Below, in pieces: positions 17,718-27,819 of a stretch of DNA of 64,000 nt (its first letter is position 1; each line of letters starts with the position of its first letter). Source of the stretch: Prochlorococcus sp. AG-679-M23 (GTDB lineage: Bacteria; Cyanobacteriota; Cyanobacteriia; PCC-6307; Cyanobiaceae). The notes under the pieces were generated by a model. That model was not told the DNA's origin. It did no database searches and was given only the letters and a program-made list of their open reading frames with translations. The stretch spans positions 1 through 64,000 of the forward strand of contig QCUR01000007.1 in the NCBI GenBank assembly GCA_003208875.1. The letters run 5' to 3'. The position numbers were made by a program, and so were the translations under genes.

Positions 17718-20195
17718 TTAACTATTATATTTTTTTATAAGTTTTTCAACTCTTTTTTCTATAGATTCATTGCTTAATGTATTTTTTAGTCTTTCAACTA
17801 ACAAAGGAAAAGCAAATGGACTTGGAGTTTTAGTCTCATTTAATATTATTTTTAAATTAGATAATCTTTCTAAAGAATTAGTAATTCGTTTATTTTCTAA
17901 TTGGTACTCTTTTACTTCTTCATGAGCTTGTTTGATTAGTAGATGATCTTCTTCATATCTAGTGAATACATCATAAAAAAGACTTGAGCTTATTTGTAGT
18001 TGAGATGAACTTTTTGTTTTGGTGGGATTATTTTGATTCACTAATCCACTAATCTGAGCAATGTTTTTAAATCTTCTCTTTGTTAATTCTGAAAAATTTA
18101 TTGCATTTTCTAAATCTTCTTCCAAGTTTCTATCTTCTATAAAATATGAAAAATCTTTTTCAATAATTGAAAAGTCATAATTTTCTGAAGTGGTTAAGCT
18201 AAATCCAAAATCATTTGCAGAAATACTAAATGTAGATTGCTTTTTATTAGCAAATCTTAATGCCCAAAGAAAGGCAATTCCCTCATTAACAAATTTTCCA
18301 TCAAGCGTAAAAACAAAAAGACTAGTTAATTCTTTAGTTTTATAGATTTCAATAAGTAGTTGATTCCTTTTAGGAATATCTGAAAGATCTTTCTGTTTTT
18401 TTAAAATTGGAAGTAGTGAATTTAATTCATTATTAATATATTGATCATCATTTTCTAAGTTATTGCAAATATCTATTTCACTTCTTAATTTATCACTTAA
18501 AAGATCAGAGATAGCCATTTGTCCTCCCACCCATGCTGGAATTAAGGAACTTTTTTTGGAAGATTTTTTAACGTATAAAGTCATATCTCTAATTTTTATA
18601 AACTGGAGCATTTTGCCCGCGAAGTAAAAAGTATCACCTGCTTTTAATTTACTAGCAAAGTTTTCTTCTAAATTGCCTAATGATTTCCCCTTTAAATATT
18701 TTACATTTATAAATTTATCGCTTGTTATCGTTCCAATATTAAACTTATGCATCCTTATTAAAGATTTATCTTTTACAAAATATTTGAAGTTTTTTTCGTC
18801 TCCTTTTATTTTTTCTCTTTCTATCTTTTTATATTTTGGATAAGCTTTCAAACACTTTCCTCCATACTCCAAAAAATCAATACACCAATCCCAATCCTGA
18901 TCGTTTAGATTTCTGTAACTCCAACAATCTTTAATTCTTTCTTTTTCAGTAATGGGATTAAAACCTGGTCCACAAGCCAAACTAACCAGATGTTGAAGAA
19001 GTACATCAAAAGATAATTCAGGAAGTGTAATTTTTTCAGATATTCCACTTTTTATTATTCTCCTCATGGCACTAATTTCGAGTAATTCTAATGAGTTAGT
19101 GGGCATAAAAATTATTTTTGACTTTCCTCCAGGTCTATGAGCACTTCTCCCTGCCCTTTGAATAAGTCGAGCTAAGTTCTTAGCACTTCCTATTTGTACA
19201 ATTTGATCAACAGGTTGAAAGTCAATCCCTAAATCTAATGAGCTTGTACAAACAACCCATTTTATAGATCCGTTTTTAACCCCATCCTCAACTATCTTTC
19301 TCTCATCTTTATCCAATGAACCATGATGTAAAGAAATCTTATCTTCCATTTCTGGTAGACAGAATCTTAAGCATTGATACCATCTCTCAGACTGATTCCT
19401 AGTGTTAGTGAATAGTAGTGTACTTTTGTTTTTATCTAATACTTCGAGAAGTAAAGAATAACTCCTAATTCCTAAATGTCCACTCCATGGGAAGGTCGTT
19501 TCTTCTTCAGGTAAAACACTAAGGATTTCAATTTCTTTTTGAATATTAGTACTTATTACTGTTGGGAGTTCCCCTTTTATTCCAACAATAGCTCGTGCTG
19601 CTTCTGTAATATTACCGATAGTTGCAGACATTCCCCAAATTTGTAAATCTTTTTTATTTCCTCTCAGCCAACTCAGTGATAATTCACATTGATTACCTCT
19701 TTTACTACCCATTAACTCGTGCCACTCATCAATAATAATTGAAAATAAATTACTAAATATTTTATTAGATTCTTTATTAGATAAGAGAAGAGAAAGTGAT
19801 TCTGGAGTCGTTATTAGAATATTTGGAGGTTTAAGTATTTGCTTTTTCTTTTCATATTGGCTGGTATCACCATTTCTAATTCCAACTGTTATTTCTTGAT
19901 TAAAAAATTGGGCTGCTAAACATACTGCATTTTTTAAGTCTCTGCTTAATGCTTTTAATGGAGTTATTAATAAAATACTTAATCCAGTTCGTTTTGTGGA
20001 ATCTTTTAATTTCGAAAGAGGTCCCATTAAAGCTGCATAAGTTTTACCGCATCCTGTAGGAACTTGGATGATGCCATTTTCTCCATTAAAATATGCTTCC
20101 CATGATTCAATTTGATATGGCAAAGGTTCCCAACCATTTTTATTAAAAAAGTCTTTTATATTAGTGATTGGATTTTTAGTTGAGATACTTTCCAT
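17718..20195 (-). CDS. lhr: ligase-associated Lhr-core DEXH-box helicase
   Basis: PTGCGKT, TPLKAL, TTPESL, DEWH, SAT, HHGSL, QRAGRSAH. Confidence 0.93.
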   Translation of the reverse strand: MESISTKNPITNIKDFFNKNGWEPLPYQIESWEAYFNGENGIIQVPTGCGKTYAALMGPLSKLKDSTKRTGLSILLITPLKALSRDLKNAVCLAAQFFNQEITVGIRNGDTSQYEKKKQILKPPNILITTPESLSLLLSNKESNKIFSNLFSIIIDEWHELMGSKRGNQCELSLSWLRGNKKDLQIWGMSATIGNITEAARAIVGIKGELPTVISTNIQKEIEILSVLPEEETTFPWSGHLGIRSYSLLLEVLDKNKSTLLFTNTRNQSERWYQCLRFCLPEMEDKISLHHGSLDKDERKIVEDGVKNGSIKWVVCTSSLDLGIDFQPVDQIVQIGSAKNLARLIQRAGRSAHRPGGKSKIIFMPTNSLELLEISAMRRIIKSGISEKITLPELSFDVLLQHLVSLACGPGFNPITEKERIKDCWSYRNLNDQDWDWCIDFLEYGGKCLKAYPKYKKIEREKIKGDEKNFKYFVKDKSLIRMHKFNIGTITSDKFINVKYLKGKSLGNLEENFASKLKAGDTFYFAGKMLQFIKIRDMTLYVKKSSKKSSLIPAWVGGQMAISDLLSDKLRSEIDICNNLENDDQYINNELNSLLPILKKQKDLSDIPKRNQLLIEIYKTKELTSLFVFTLDGKFVNEGIAFLWALRFANKKQSTFSISANDFGFSLTTSENYDFSIIEKDFSYFIEDRNLEEDLENAINFSELTKRRFKNIAQISGLVNQNNPTKTKSSSQLQISSSLFYDVFTRYEEDHLLIKQAHEEVKEYQLENKRITNSLERLSNLKIILNETKTPSPFAFPLLVERLKNTLSNESIEKRVEKLIKKYNS

Positions 20196-21832
20196 TATTT
20201 ATTTAGCATTAATGTCTGAGCGTTTTCTAAAGTATCAGCATCTTTAATCAGCTTATCTTTCCTCCACTTAGTTATTCTTGGAAATCTTACAGCAATTCCT
20301 GATTTATGACGTTTTGAAATTTGAATATTTTCGAAGGAAATTTCGAAGACCATTTCCGGTCTTACTGATCTAACAGGTCCAAATCTATCAATAGTATTTT
20401 GTCTAATCCATCTATCTAACTCTTTAATTTCAGTGTTGTTTAATCCAGAATAGGCACTAGCAAATTTGATTAATTCTCCATCTTTCCAAAGAGCAAAACT
20501 ATAGTCAGTATATAAACCGGCTCTTATCCCACTCCCGCCTTTGGCATAAATGAGGACTGCATCAAGTTGCATTGGATCAACTTTATATTTCCACCAAAGA
20601 CCTTTCTTTCTGCCAGGAGTGTAGATTGATTTTTTATTTTTAATAACTAATCCCTCTGTTCCATTATCTCTAGAATTGTTTTTAAAAGTTTCTACCTCTT
20701 CCCAATTTTTTGGATATATTAAATCACTTATTTTAAAAATATTAGATAATTCTTCTTTACTTTCATTTAACCAATTATATGAATGTTTTTCTAAACTGTT
20801 TCTTCTAATTTCTAAATTTGAGTCTCTTTGATCTTCTCCATTTATTTCTAAAATATCATAGGCAATAAATATAATAGGTAAATTTTTTTGAATTGATCTT
20901 GATGGAGCCTTTCTATTAATTCTTTTTTGAAGCAAAGAGAAATTAAGAGGAAGACTCTGCTTAAAATCCCAGACTAATAATTCACCATCTATTACAAAGT
21001 CATCTTTGATAGATGAGATTTTTTCTACTAATTCAGGGAAAGATTTATTTACTAAATCCTGACCTCTTGTCCATATTGAAACTTTTCCTGACCTTTTTAT
21101 TAATTGAATTCTGATTCCATCCCATTTCCATTCAAACTGAAAATCATTAGTTGATTTATCTATAATTTTCTTTTCAAAAGTATTAGCTAGAAGAAAGGGG
21201 TAAGGTTTGTAATTTAACTCTGAAGGATTTATTTTTTTATCTATTAATAATTTATATGATTCTTCAGAGGGAATAAAATCGCCCATTAATCTATGAGAAA
21301 TTATTGCTTCATCTATATTTATTAGCTTGGCTATAGATTTTGTTATCAATCCTATAGAGACTCCAACTCTAAAAGTACCAGTTAAGATTTTATTTATAAC
21401 TAGAAGATTTTCTTTTGGAATGGTTTCCCAAATTTCTTTTACTCTTAACTTCTTATCATCTTCTTTAAGAATGGATAACTCTGGAAAAGATTTATTTAAT
21501 AATTCATGCAGAGAAACATCTTGATATTTTGTATTTTTTTCTGTGATCACATTCCTTAATAATAGAGATATGACTTCTGCAGAATCTCCAACTTTTAAAT
21601 AACAAGAATCAATTAACCATAAAGGGTATTCATAAATTTCTGAAAATAAAGTTTTAAGGGATCGTCCACTTATAAATCGCTTATTGTTTTTTCCTGTAAG
21701 TAAATATATTGTCCATGAGTTTTCTAAAGCCTCATTTGAAGAAAAATAGTCTTGTAAAATTCCAATCTTTTTATTTGTGCTATTACAAGAGTCTAAATTT
21801 ATAAATAATTCTGAAAACTTTTTTAGGCTCAT
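20195..21832 (-). CDS. ATP-dependent DNA ligase
   Basis: Motif I EWKWDGIR, DGEL, YDIL, EGLVIK, WWKYK, RFPR. Confidence 0.95.
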   Translation of the reverse strand: MSLKKFSELFINLDSCNSTNKKIGILQDYFSSNEALENSWTIYLLTGKNNKRFISGRSLKTLFSEIYEYPLWLIDSCYLKVGDSAEVISLLLRNVITEKNTKYQDVSLHELLNKSFPELSILKEDDKKLRVKEIWETIPKENLLVINKILTGTFRVGVSIGLITKSIAKLINIDEAIISHRLMGDFIPSEESYKLLIDKKINPSELNYKPYPFLLANTFEKKIIDKSTNDFQFEWKWDGIRIQLIKRSGKVSIWTRGQDLVNKSFPELVEKISSIKDDFVIDGELLVWDFKQSLPLNFSLLQKRINRKAPSRSIQKNLPIIFIAYDILEINGEDQRDSNLEIRRNSLEKHSYNWLNESKEELSNIFKISDLIYPKNWEEVETFKNNSRDNGTEGLVIKNKKSIYTPGRKKGLWWKYKVDPMQLDAVLIYAKGGSGIRAGLYTDYSFALWKDGELIKFASAYSGLNNTEIKELDRWIRQNTIDRFGPVRSVRPEMVFEISFENIQISKRHKSGIAVRFPRITKWRKDKLIKDADTLENAQTLMLNK

Positions 21833-22821
21833 TTTTTAAATTCAAACTCAAGAACATTTATCGAATTTTTCTCTTTTAAGTATTTATTTAAAGCTTCACT
21901 ATCTCCATGGTGAAAAAAAACATTTTTAGCTTTAGATTCTTTTATTGTCTTTAAAATAGCTATCCAATCAGCATGGTCTGAGATAGAAAAACCTTTATCA
22001 TAACCAGATCTTTTTCTGAGTGCTCTAATTGACATCCAGCCACTTGCAAATCCAGTTTGAATGTCTTTAAAATTTTTTAGAGAAGAACTTTTATTTAAAG
22101 CAGGTGGAAGTATTATTAGACTTCCTTTAAGATCCGAATTATTTTTAGTTTGTTCTAATTTCGTTGTTTCAATAATATCAATACCTAATTTTTTATAACA
22201 ATTATTCATCCTATAAATACTGCTGTGTGTATAAATATTATTTATAAAATTTGTTTTACTAATTTCATTCAATATTCTTTGTGCTTTTCCAAGCGAATAG
22301 CAAAATAAGATAGATGTTTTTTCTTGGGATGAGTTCACCCATTTTGTAATATCAGATGCCGTCTTTTGAGGTTCATCCCACTTAAAAATTGGCAAGCCAA
22401 AAGTTGATTCACTTATCAAATAATCAGTTTTTACTATTTCATATTCTTTGCAAGTTTCATCTTTTTGACGTTTAAAATCACCAGTGATTAACCATATCTC
22501 TTCAGCGAGACTAAATTTGATTTGACTTGACCCGAGAATATGACCTGATGGATGAAAAGAAATTTTGATACCGTTAATTTTAAATTCTTTTTCATAATCG
22601 TAAGTTTTAATATTGATTTCTTTCCCTATTCTTTCTTTTATAATTACCGCAGTTTCATAGGTTGATATATATTCATCGCTCCCAAAGGTGAAATGATCCA
22701 TATGGGCATGAGTAATTAGTGCTCTTTTTACTGGTTTAATTGGATCTATCCAAACATCTGCTAGTTCACAATAAAGTCCACTACTTGTATATTGAATTAG
22801 ATAAGAACTATCCTCTTTCAA
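21829..22821 (-). CDS. ligase-associated metallo-beta-lactamase exonuclease
   Basis: ITHAHMDH, GHILGS, GDFK, ESTFGLP, SDHADW. Confidence 0.93.
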   Translation of the reverse strand: MKEDSSYLIQYTSSGLYCELADVWIDPIKPVKRALITHAHMDHFTFGSDEYISTYETAVIIKERIGKEINIKTYDYEKEFKINGIKISFHPSGHILGSSQIKFSLAEEIWLITGDFKRQKDETCKEYEIVKTDYLISESTFGLPIFKWDEPQKTASDITKWVNSSQEKTSILFCYSLGKAQRILNEISKTNFINNIYTHSSIYRMNNCYKKLGIDIIETTKLEQTKNNSDLKGSLIILPPALNKSSSLKNFKDIQTGFASGWMSIRALRKRSGYDKGFSISDHADWIAILKTIKESKAKNVFFHHGDSEALNKYLKEKNSINVLEFEFKK

Positions 22822-22857
22822 GAATTTAATTTATATTAATGGAATTAATTTAGCGAA

Positions 22858-23271
22858 TTAAGCCCAGGCTTGTTTAGTTAAAGCTATTGCTGAGATCGCT
22901 ACAAGAGAAATAAAAACAAATCTATTACTCCATTTCATCATGAAAATACCTAGATCAAATGATATTGTTTTTTCAAGTTGTGGAATCTGTTTTTGAACTA
23001 TTTCTTTTTTTGATGAATCAACTTTATTAAAACTGTAATTTTTAATTTTATTTATTAGTTTTGACTCTATATTTGATAAGTTTTCTATTTCACTTAATAG
23101 GACTTTGTCGTCTGGATTAATAAAATTAGTTAGTGTTTGAATTTCTTGTTGTTTAGAAGAGCAAAAGTCATTTACTATTTTTTCAGAATTTTCACCATTC
23201 TTTATTTTTGATAAGATCTCTTTTCTTGACCAAGAATTTTCAAGAGATTTTAAGGCCTCAGTGATTTCCAT
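22858..23271 (-). CDS. hypothetical protein with C-terminal membrane anchor
   Basis: 137 aa, hydrophobic C-terminus ...ALTKQAWA. Confidence 0.7.
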   Translation of the reverse strand: MEITEALKSLENSWSRKEILSKIKNGENSEKIVNDFCSSKQQEIQTLTNFINPDDKVLLSEIENLSNIESKLINKIKNYSFNKVDSSKKEIVQKQIPQLEKTISFDLGIFMMKWSNRFVFISLVAISAIALTKQAWA

Positions 23272-23356
23272 TTTTAAGTATTTTTACTTATATTAATTTA
23301 TTAGAGATTTCTTCTGTGGTTTTAAATACTTAAAATAAGGAAAAAATTTGTTTTAT

Positions 23357-23644
23357 TTAAGATTTCGCAATAAGTCTATTTGGAAAATAACTTATTTTTG
23401 TTTCTCTTTTAATTTTTTTTGTTTTGCTTTGAATTGAAGTTTTCTTTTGGTTAATTTCAACTATTTCTTCAGAAACATTTTTACCTGTTTCAAAGTAATT
23501 TTTTACTTTTTCTAATTCTTCTTCATTTAATCGTTTTGTGGCTCCTTTCGCATTAATACCTATTGATTTGCAAGCTAATATAATCCTATTACTATCAATA
23601 TTAAGTTCCTTTGCAATACTATAAATAGGAGTGTTCGAAGCCAT
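23357..23644 (-). CDS. stand-alone IF2 N-terminal (IF2_N)-like domain protein
   Basis: PIYSIAKELNIDSNRIILACKSIGI.AK......EEE resembles the IF2_N repeat. Confidence 0.75.
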   Translation of the reverse strand: MASNTPIYSIAKELNIDSNRIILACKSIGINAKGATKRLNEEELEKVKNYFETGKNVSEEIVEINQKKTSIQSKTKKIKRETKISYFPNRLIAKS

Positions 23645-23739
23645 TATTTATTCGTAAATCGATAGTTGTATTATATCCTTATTAATTCAGAAATTATTAA
23701 ATATGAAATTTTTATGAACTTTCTGTAGTTGAATTGAAT

Positions 23740-25056
23740 TTATTTTAAGTCTTCTTCATTTCTTAAATCATTAAATTTCTTCTTCATTGTGGGATTATTT
23801 TTAGTTAACTTTTTAACTGTTAAATCTTGCGATTTACTATCAGCAGATAAAAGATGTTTTTTAGATACCAATAATGCCTCTTTCGTTTTTTGTAAATGAC
23901 TTATTGATTTATCTATTTCAGAAATTGCGTCATTAAATCTATCCTGCGCTAATGAAACGTTTTTCCCTACCGCATTTTTAAATTGATCAAGAGTACTTTC
24001 AAAATTTGTTATGTCATAATTCTCTCTTTTCATTAAATCTATTTGAGTTTTATACTTTAAAGTCTCAAAAGAAGCATTTCTAAGAAGGGAAATAATAGGC
24101 AGAAAGAATTGTGGCCTTATTACAAACATCTTTGGATATTTATAAGAGACATCTACAATTCCGGAATTATATAGTTCACTTTCTGGTTCCAATAACGAAA
24201 CCAACACTGCATATTCGCATGATTTCTGAGTTCTATCTTTATCTAATTCTTTAAAAAAGTCTTCATTTTTTCGTTTATTAAAACCATCAGCACTTTGGTT
24301 TTTCATCTCAAACATGATAGAGACAATTTCAATTTTATTATCATCAAACTCTCTAAAAATATAGTCACCTTTGCTTCCTGAGCTGGCATCATTATCTTTT
24401 TCAAAATATGAGTTTTTAAAAGCAGTAGCTCGATTTAGATTGAATTGCGTCTCACAATGTATTTCTAATGTTTCTCCAACCATTTTTGTTGAAAGTTTAG
24501 ATTTCATATCTCTGAGTTCTTGAATCGTTAAATCACGCTCAGTAATTTTGTTTTTAAATTTTTCTTCAATTTCTTTCTCATTTATGGATTGTTCTAATTT
24601 CATTTTTTCAATAGAGTTTATTAGTGAATTTTTTTCTTTTTCTAAACTATTTACAGCTTCAATTACTTTATTCTTTGTCGATAAATCACTTATTACGGAT
24701 TGCCTTTCAATATCCTCTTTTAATTTAATTACTTCATTATTGAGCAAATTGATTTTGTTCGTTGCTTTATTCTTCAGTTCATTTAGTGCATTTAATTTCT
24801 TTTCTTCTGCGATATTTAACTTAGATTCAAGATCTTGAATTTTCGTATCTTTTTTTTGCCTGTCTTCCATTAATTTTATTTTTAATTCTTGTTTGGCAAT
24901 TTCTATCCCTTTATTCTTATCTTCTTCAGCGAGTTTAAGTCTTTCTTCTATTTGCTTATTAAATTCCTCGTCTTTAATTTGAAGAAGTATTTCTTGAAAG
25001 CTACTTGGATCTATTCTGAATGTTTTTCCACATGATGGACATTTTATATCTTTCAT
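23740..25056 (-). CDS. DUF2130 family coiled-coil protein with probable C-terminal PD-(D/E)xK-like domain
   Basis: N-terminal CPSC, long coiled coil, GETLE...KGDYIF...IMFEMKN...KELDKDR...AVLVS. Confidence 0.8.
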   Translation of the reverse strand: MKDIKCPSCGKTFRIDPSSFQEILLQIKDEEFNKQIEERLKLAEEDKNKGIEIAKQELKIKLMEDRQKKDTKIQDLESKLNIAEEKKLNALNELKNKATNKINLLNNEVIKLKEDIERQSVISDLSTKNKVIEAVNSLEKEKNSLINSIEKMKLEQSINEKEIEEKFKNKITERDLTIQELRDMKSKLSTKMVGETLEIHCETQFNLNRATAFKNSYFEKDNDASSGSKGDYIFREFDDNKIEIVSIMFEMKNQSADGFNKRKNEDFFKELDKDRTQKSCEYAVLVSLLEPESELYNSGIVDVSYKYPKMFVIRPQFFLPIISLLRNASFETLKYKTQIDLMKRENYDITNFESTLDQFKNAVGKNVSLAQDRFNDAISEIDKSISHLQKTKEALLVSKKHLLSADSKSQDLTVKKLTKNNPTMKKKFNDLRNEEDLK

Positions 25057-25197
25057 TTTTTACTAACAAAGAATTTTTTTAGAAAATGACTCGGTACTTT
25101 ATTTTTTGATAAGGCATTTAATTATGGATATAGAATAATCATAGATTGAATATTATGCATCATATACTTATAAGAAATAAAAATAATTCGTCTCCTT

Positions 25198-25563
25198 CTA
25201 AATTAAACCTGATTCTTTTAAGATATTGATTTTATTTGCTAGTTCAATATCTGCTGTTGAGATAGATCTATCTGAAGTTTGTTGGGAGGAGATTGTATAA
25301 CCGCTATCATCAACAAACTCATCCTCTGAATCGGATATATTTTTAATGGGTTTATTTTTAGTATAAGTTTCAGAATTAAATGTTTTAGTTTTACTCAAAT
25401 TGCTATATCCAAAATTTGCAATACCTCTAGCATCCAATGCTTCTTCTACTAGTATTCCCACAACTTTTGACCTGCTTATAGATTCACTTTTAGATATTTG
25501 ATCTATAATTTCCAGAACTCTTTTCCTGGGTAAATATCCTATCCTTTTAACTGGATTATCCAT
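25198..25563 (-). CDS. CopG/ribbon-helix-helix-like DNA-binding protein
   Basis: KRIGYLP...IDQISKSESISRSKVVGILVEEAL. Confidence 0.65.
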   Translation of the reverse strand: MDNPVKRIGYLPRKRVLEIIDQISKSESISRSKVVGILVEEALDARGIANFGYSNLSKTKTFNSETYTKNKPIKNISDSEDEFVDDSGYTISSQQTSDRSISTADIELANKINILKESGLI

Positions 25564-25767
25564 TCTATTAAAGTATTTGTCATAATTGTAACACTTTTGT
25601 CAAGTATTTCCAGGCGATAAAAAAATTAAATATCTATAACATTATCGTCTTGAATTATAATGAAATAGCGTATTTCTAAGATTTTTTTCGATTACTTTAT
25701 TATTATTATTTTTAAAGAATTTTTTTAAGTAATTATTTCACGGACCTTAAATTTTAAACCACTTTTT

Positions 25768-25971
25768 ATGAAAGATAAAACCTATAATAACGCAGATAGT
25801 TTTGCTATATCTTTTGATGAGGAGTGGCAAAAAGTTGATTGTAACGATACGGCTCAAAAAATAGATAAAGTTATTGAAATTTTATCTGATCACCCATTTG
25901 TAATTTCAGATTTTGAAAATGCAAAGAAAATAGCAAAATTTAGAATTTATTCTCTTAAAAAATTTAAATAA
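25768..25971 (+). CDS. conserved hypothetical protein
   Basis: 67-aa ATG ORF. Confidence 0.7.
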   Translation: MKDKTYNNADSFAISFDEEWQKVDCNDTAQKIDKVIEILSDHPFVISDFENAKKIAKFRIYSLKKFK

Positions 25972-26036
25972 TTTTAAATATTTTCTAAATTTTATATTTT
26001 AAATAATTATTTTTATTGTTAAATAAAATTTTTAGA

Positions 26037-26213
26037 TTAAATGTTTGGAGAATTAAAAAAACCTTTAGTAAACAAAAATATTATAATTCCAATTATTGGA
26101 CCAATGCCAAATATAAATAAAATTAATTTGGCTGAATTTTTTGTCTGTCCTAATTCATTATTAGCTTCTTTTATTAATTTTTTTGGATTCTTTTTTGATG
26201 ATTTTTTCTTCAT
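26037..26213 (-). CDS. 58-aa small membrane protein
   Basis: Manual ORF MKKKSSKKNPKKLIKEANNELGQTKNSAKLILFIFGIGPIIGIIIFLFTKGFFNSPNI*; more plausible than the + strand ORF 26041-26271. Confidence 0.6.
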   Translation of the reverse strand: MKKKSSKKNPKKLIKEANNELGQTKNSAKLILFIFGIGPIIGIIIFLFTKGFFNSPNI

Positions 26214-26348
26214 GAAAACTATATTACAACAAACTAATAACCAAATAATAAATAATTTAAGTTTTGGTTAATTTCTATTTGTTTGAAATATCTCATTAAA
26301 ATATAAAAAAATACAATATTGTATAATAATTATTAACGTTTGGTAGAT

Positions 26349-26555
26349 ATGAGTGCATCTAAAAGAGAGGAAGTGAGTTCACACCTTAGATATATAAGGT
26401 TAGAACTTAGAGAGATGCATCAAATGCTTATGAGGGATAATTTATTGCCTGATCTTAACGAAGCAAAGGAAGTACATGCTCAACTAGATGCGCTTTATGA
26501 ACTTTTGTCTGATAAAAGAAAAAAGAAGGTTAAGAATGAATTTGAGAACTTCTAA
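26349..26555 (+). CDS. conserved small helical protein
   Basis: MSASKREEVSSHLRYIRLELREMH...LLPD; paralogue at 27820-27996. Confidence 0.75.
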   Translation: MSASKREEVSSHLRYIRLELREMHQMLMRDNLLPDLNEAKEVHAQLDALYELLSDKRKKKVKNEFENF

Positions 26556-26584
26556 TTATCAACTAACAAATTTTTTCTGAAAAA

Positions 26585-26770
26585 TTAAGAGCTAAATTCT
26601 ATTTTTTTTCGTTTGTCATGTAATAATTCTAATTTATTATAAATTTCTTTTATTTGTATTTGTAGGATATCCGTTGAGTTGATGTTACTTAAAGATTCCA
26701 TTGCTAGTAATAGACTTTCTTTAGCCTCAATCAAATGTCTACATTCTTTACTACCTGCTTCGTAGGACAT
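26585..26770 (-). CDS. conserved hypothetical protein
   Basis: 61-aa ORF MSYEAGSKECRHLIEAKE... Confidence 0.7.
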   Translation of the reverse strand: MSYEAGSKECRHLIEAKESLLLAMESLSNINSTDILQIQIKEIYNKLELLHDKRKKIEFSS

Positions 26771-26913
26771 AATTGTGAAAAATACTATTATTATAAATAT
26801 ATTAAGAATAGTTCAGTATTTTCTGATACTTTTATTGAATGAATGCTTTTTATTGTCATATTTAATACAAAATTGTAGTTAGAACTTATTAATCTAAAAT
26901 AAAGTGTATTCTT

Positions 26914-27096
26914 ATGAAAAAAGATTCTGTAGATATTAAATTTTGCATAAATTTAGCCATTGGTAATGCTGAGAAAAGAATTCAATCATTAGAAAAAGAG
27001 GATCAAAAATGTATTTTGGAAGAATATAAAGAGTGGTTAAAAGAGAGTATTGATTATCAATCAATCTTATTACTAAGAGAGGACCCAATTATTTAA
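26914..27096 (+). CDS. hypothetical protein
   Basis: 60-aa ATG ORF with EEYKEWL motif. Confidence 0.6.
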   Translation: MKKDSVDIKFCINLAIGNAEKRIQSLEKEDQKCILEEYKEWLKESIDYQSILLLREDPII

Positions 27097-27120
27097 AGAT
27101 TAAATTTTAAAAAAATCAAA

Positions 27121-27216
27121 TTAATCTTTTGCTCTAGAAGTCACTTTAAATAAAAAATATAGACTTATAACAAAAATACTTATAAGTATTATTGTTAAAG
27201 TTGAAAAGTTATACAT
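27121..27216 (-). CDS. putative 31-aa single-TM small protein
   Basis: Manual ORF MYNFSTLTIILISIFVISLYFLFKVTSRAKD*. Confidence 0.45.
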   Translation of the reverse strand: MYNFSTLTIILISIFVISLYFLFKVTSRAKD

Positions 27217-27420
27217 TTACTAATGTCTCTAAAAAATTGTTAGCAATATTATTTTAACAAATTTCTGATTTGTAATTTTTTAGTATTAGTTGTCATTTAT
27301 AAGGAAATTAATGAATTTAGTAAATTCTTTCTTTTCTAAATTAATATTTTTGGAGTTTTTTTTTAATTTGTTAAATATGACTTCTAACAAATATTCTTTC
27401 TTGTTCCGCATGATTTTTAA

Positions 27421-27771
27421 CTATTTTTCTAATAAATAAACTTTTTCTTCACCAATTTTATCAGGAGTTGTTATTTTACAACCTTTATCTTTTTCCATAT
27501 CGCAATCTTTAGTCGCAGGAAATGATTTCCAGGTACATATTTTTTCTTCTGTATATTCTTTAGAAATAATCCATCCATCATTGAGGAAATCAGAAATGCC
27601 GTCTTCTCCACAGGAATATCTTACTTCCATTTTGCTTTTTGATAACTTTAATTTCTGACTCCTCTGTTCTTCAGAATCTATTATCAACTCCTGTTTATTA
27701 GCTGTTGATTTGCAAGAAGTTAAAAAAATTAAAAGTAAGAATAATTGTGTAATCTTTATAGAATTTTTCAT
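27421..27771 (-). CDS. putative lipoprotein
   Basis: Lipobox LTSC after hydrophobic stretch; four further Cys. Confidence 0.75.
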   Translation of the reverse strand: MKNSIKITQLFLLLIFLTSCKSTANKQELIIDSEEQRSQKLKLSKSKMEVRYSCGEDGISDFLNDGWIISKEYTEEKICTWKSFPATKDCDMEKDKGCKITTPDKIGEEKVYLLEK

Positions 27772-27819
27772 CCAATTTCAATGTTTTGGAAAGTATGTTT
27801 TTATTTTTTAAATTATAGT

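Noticed and set aside
26041..26271. 76-aa + strand ORF from the track
   Set aside because: It is the antisense shadow of a more protein-like 58-aa minus-strand ORF (26037-26213)
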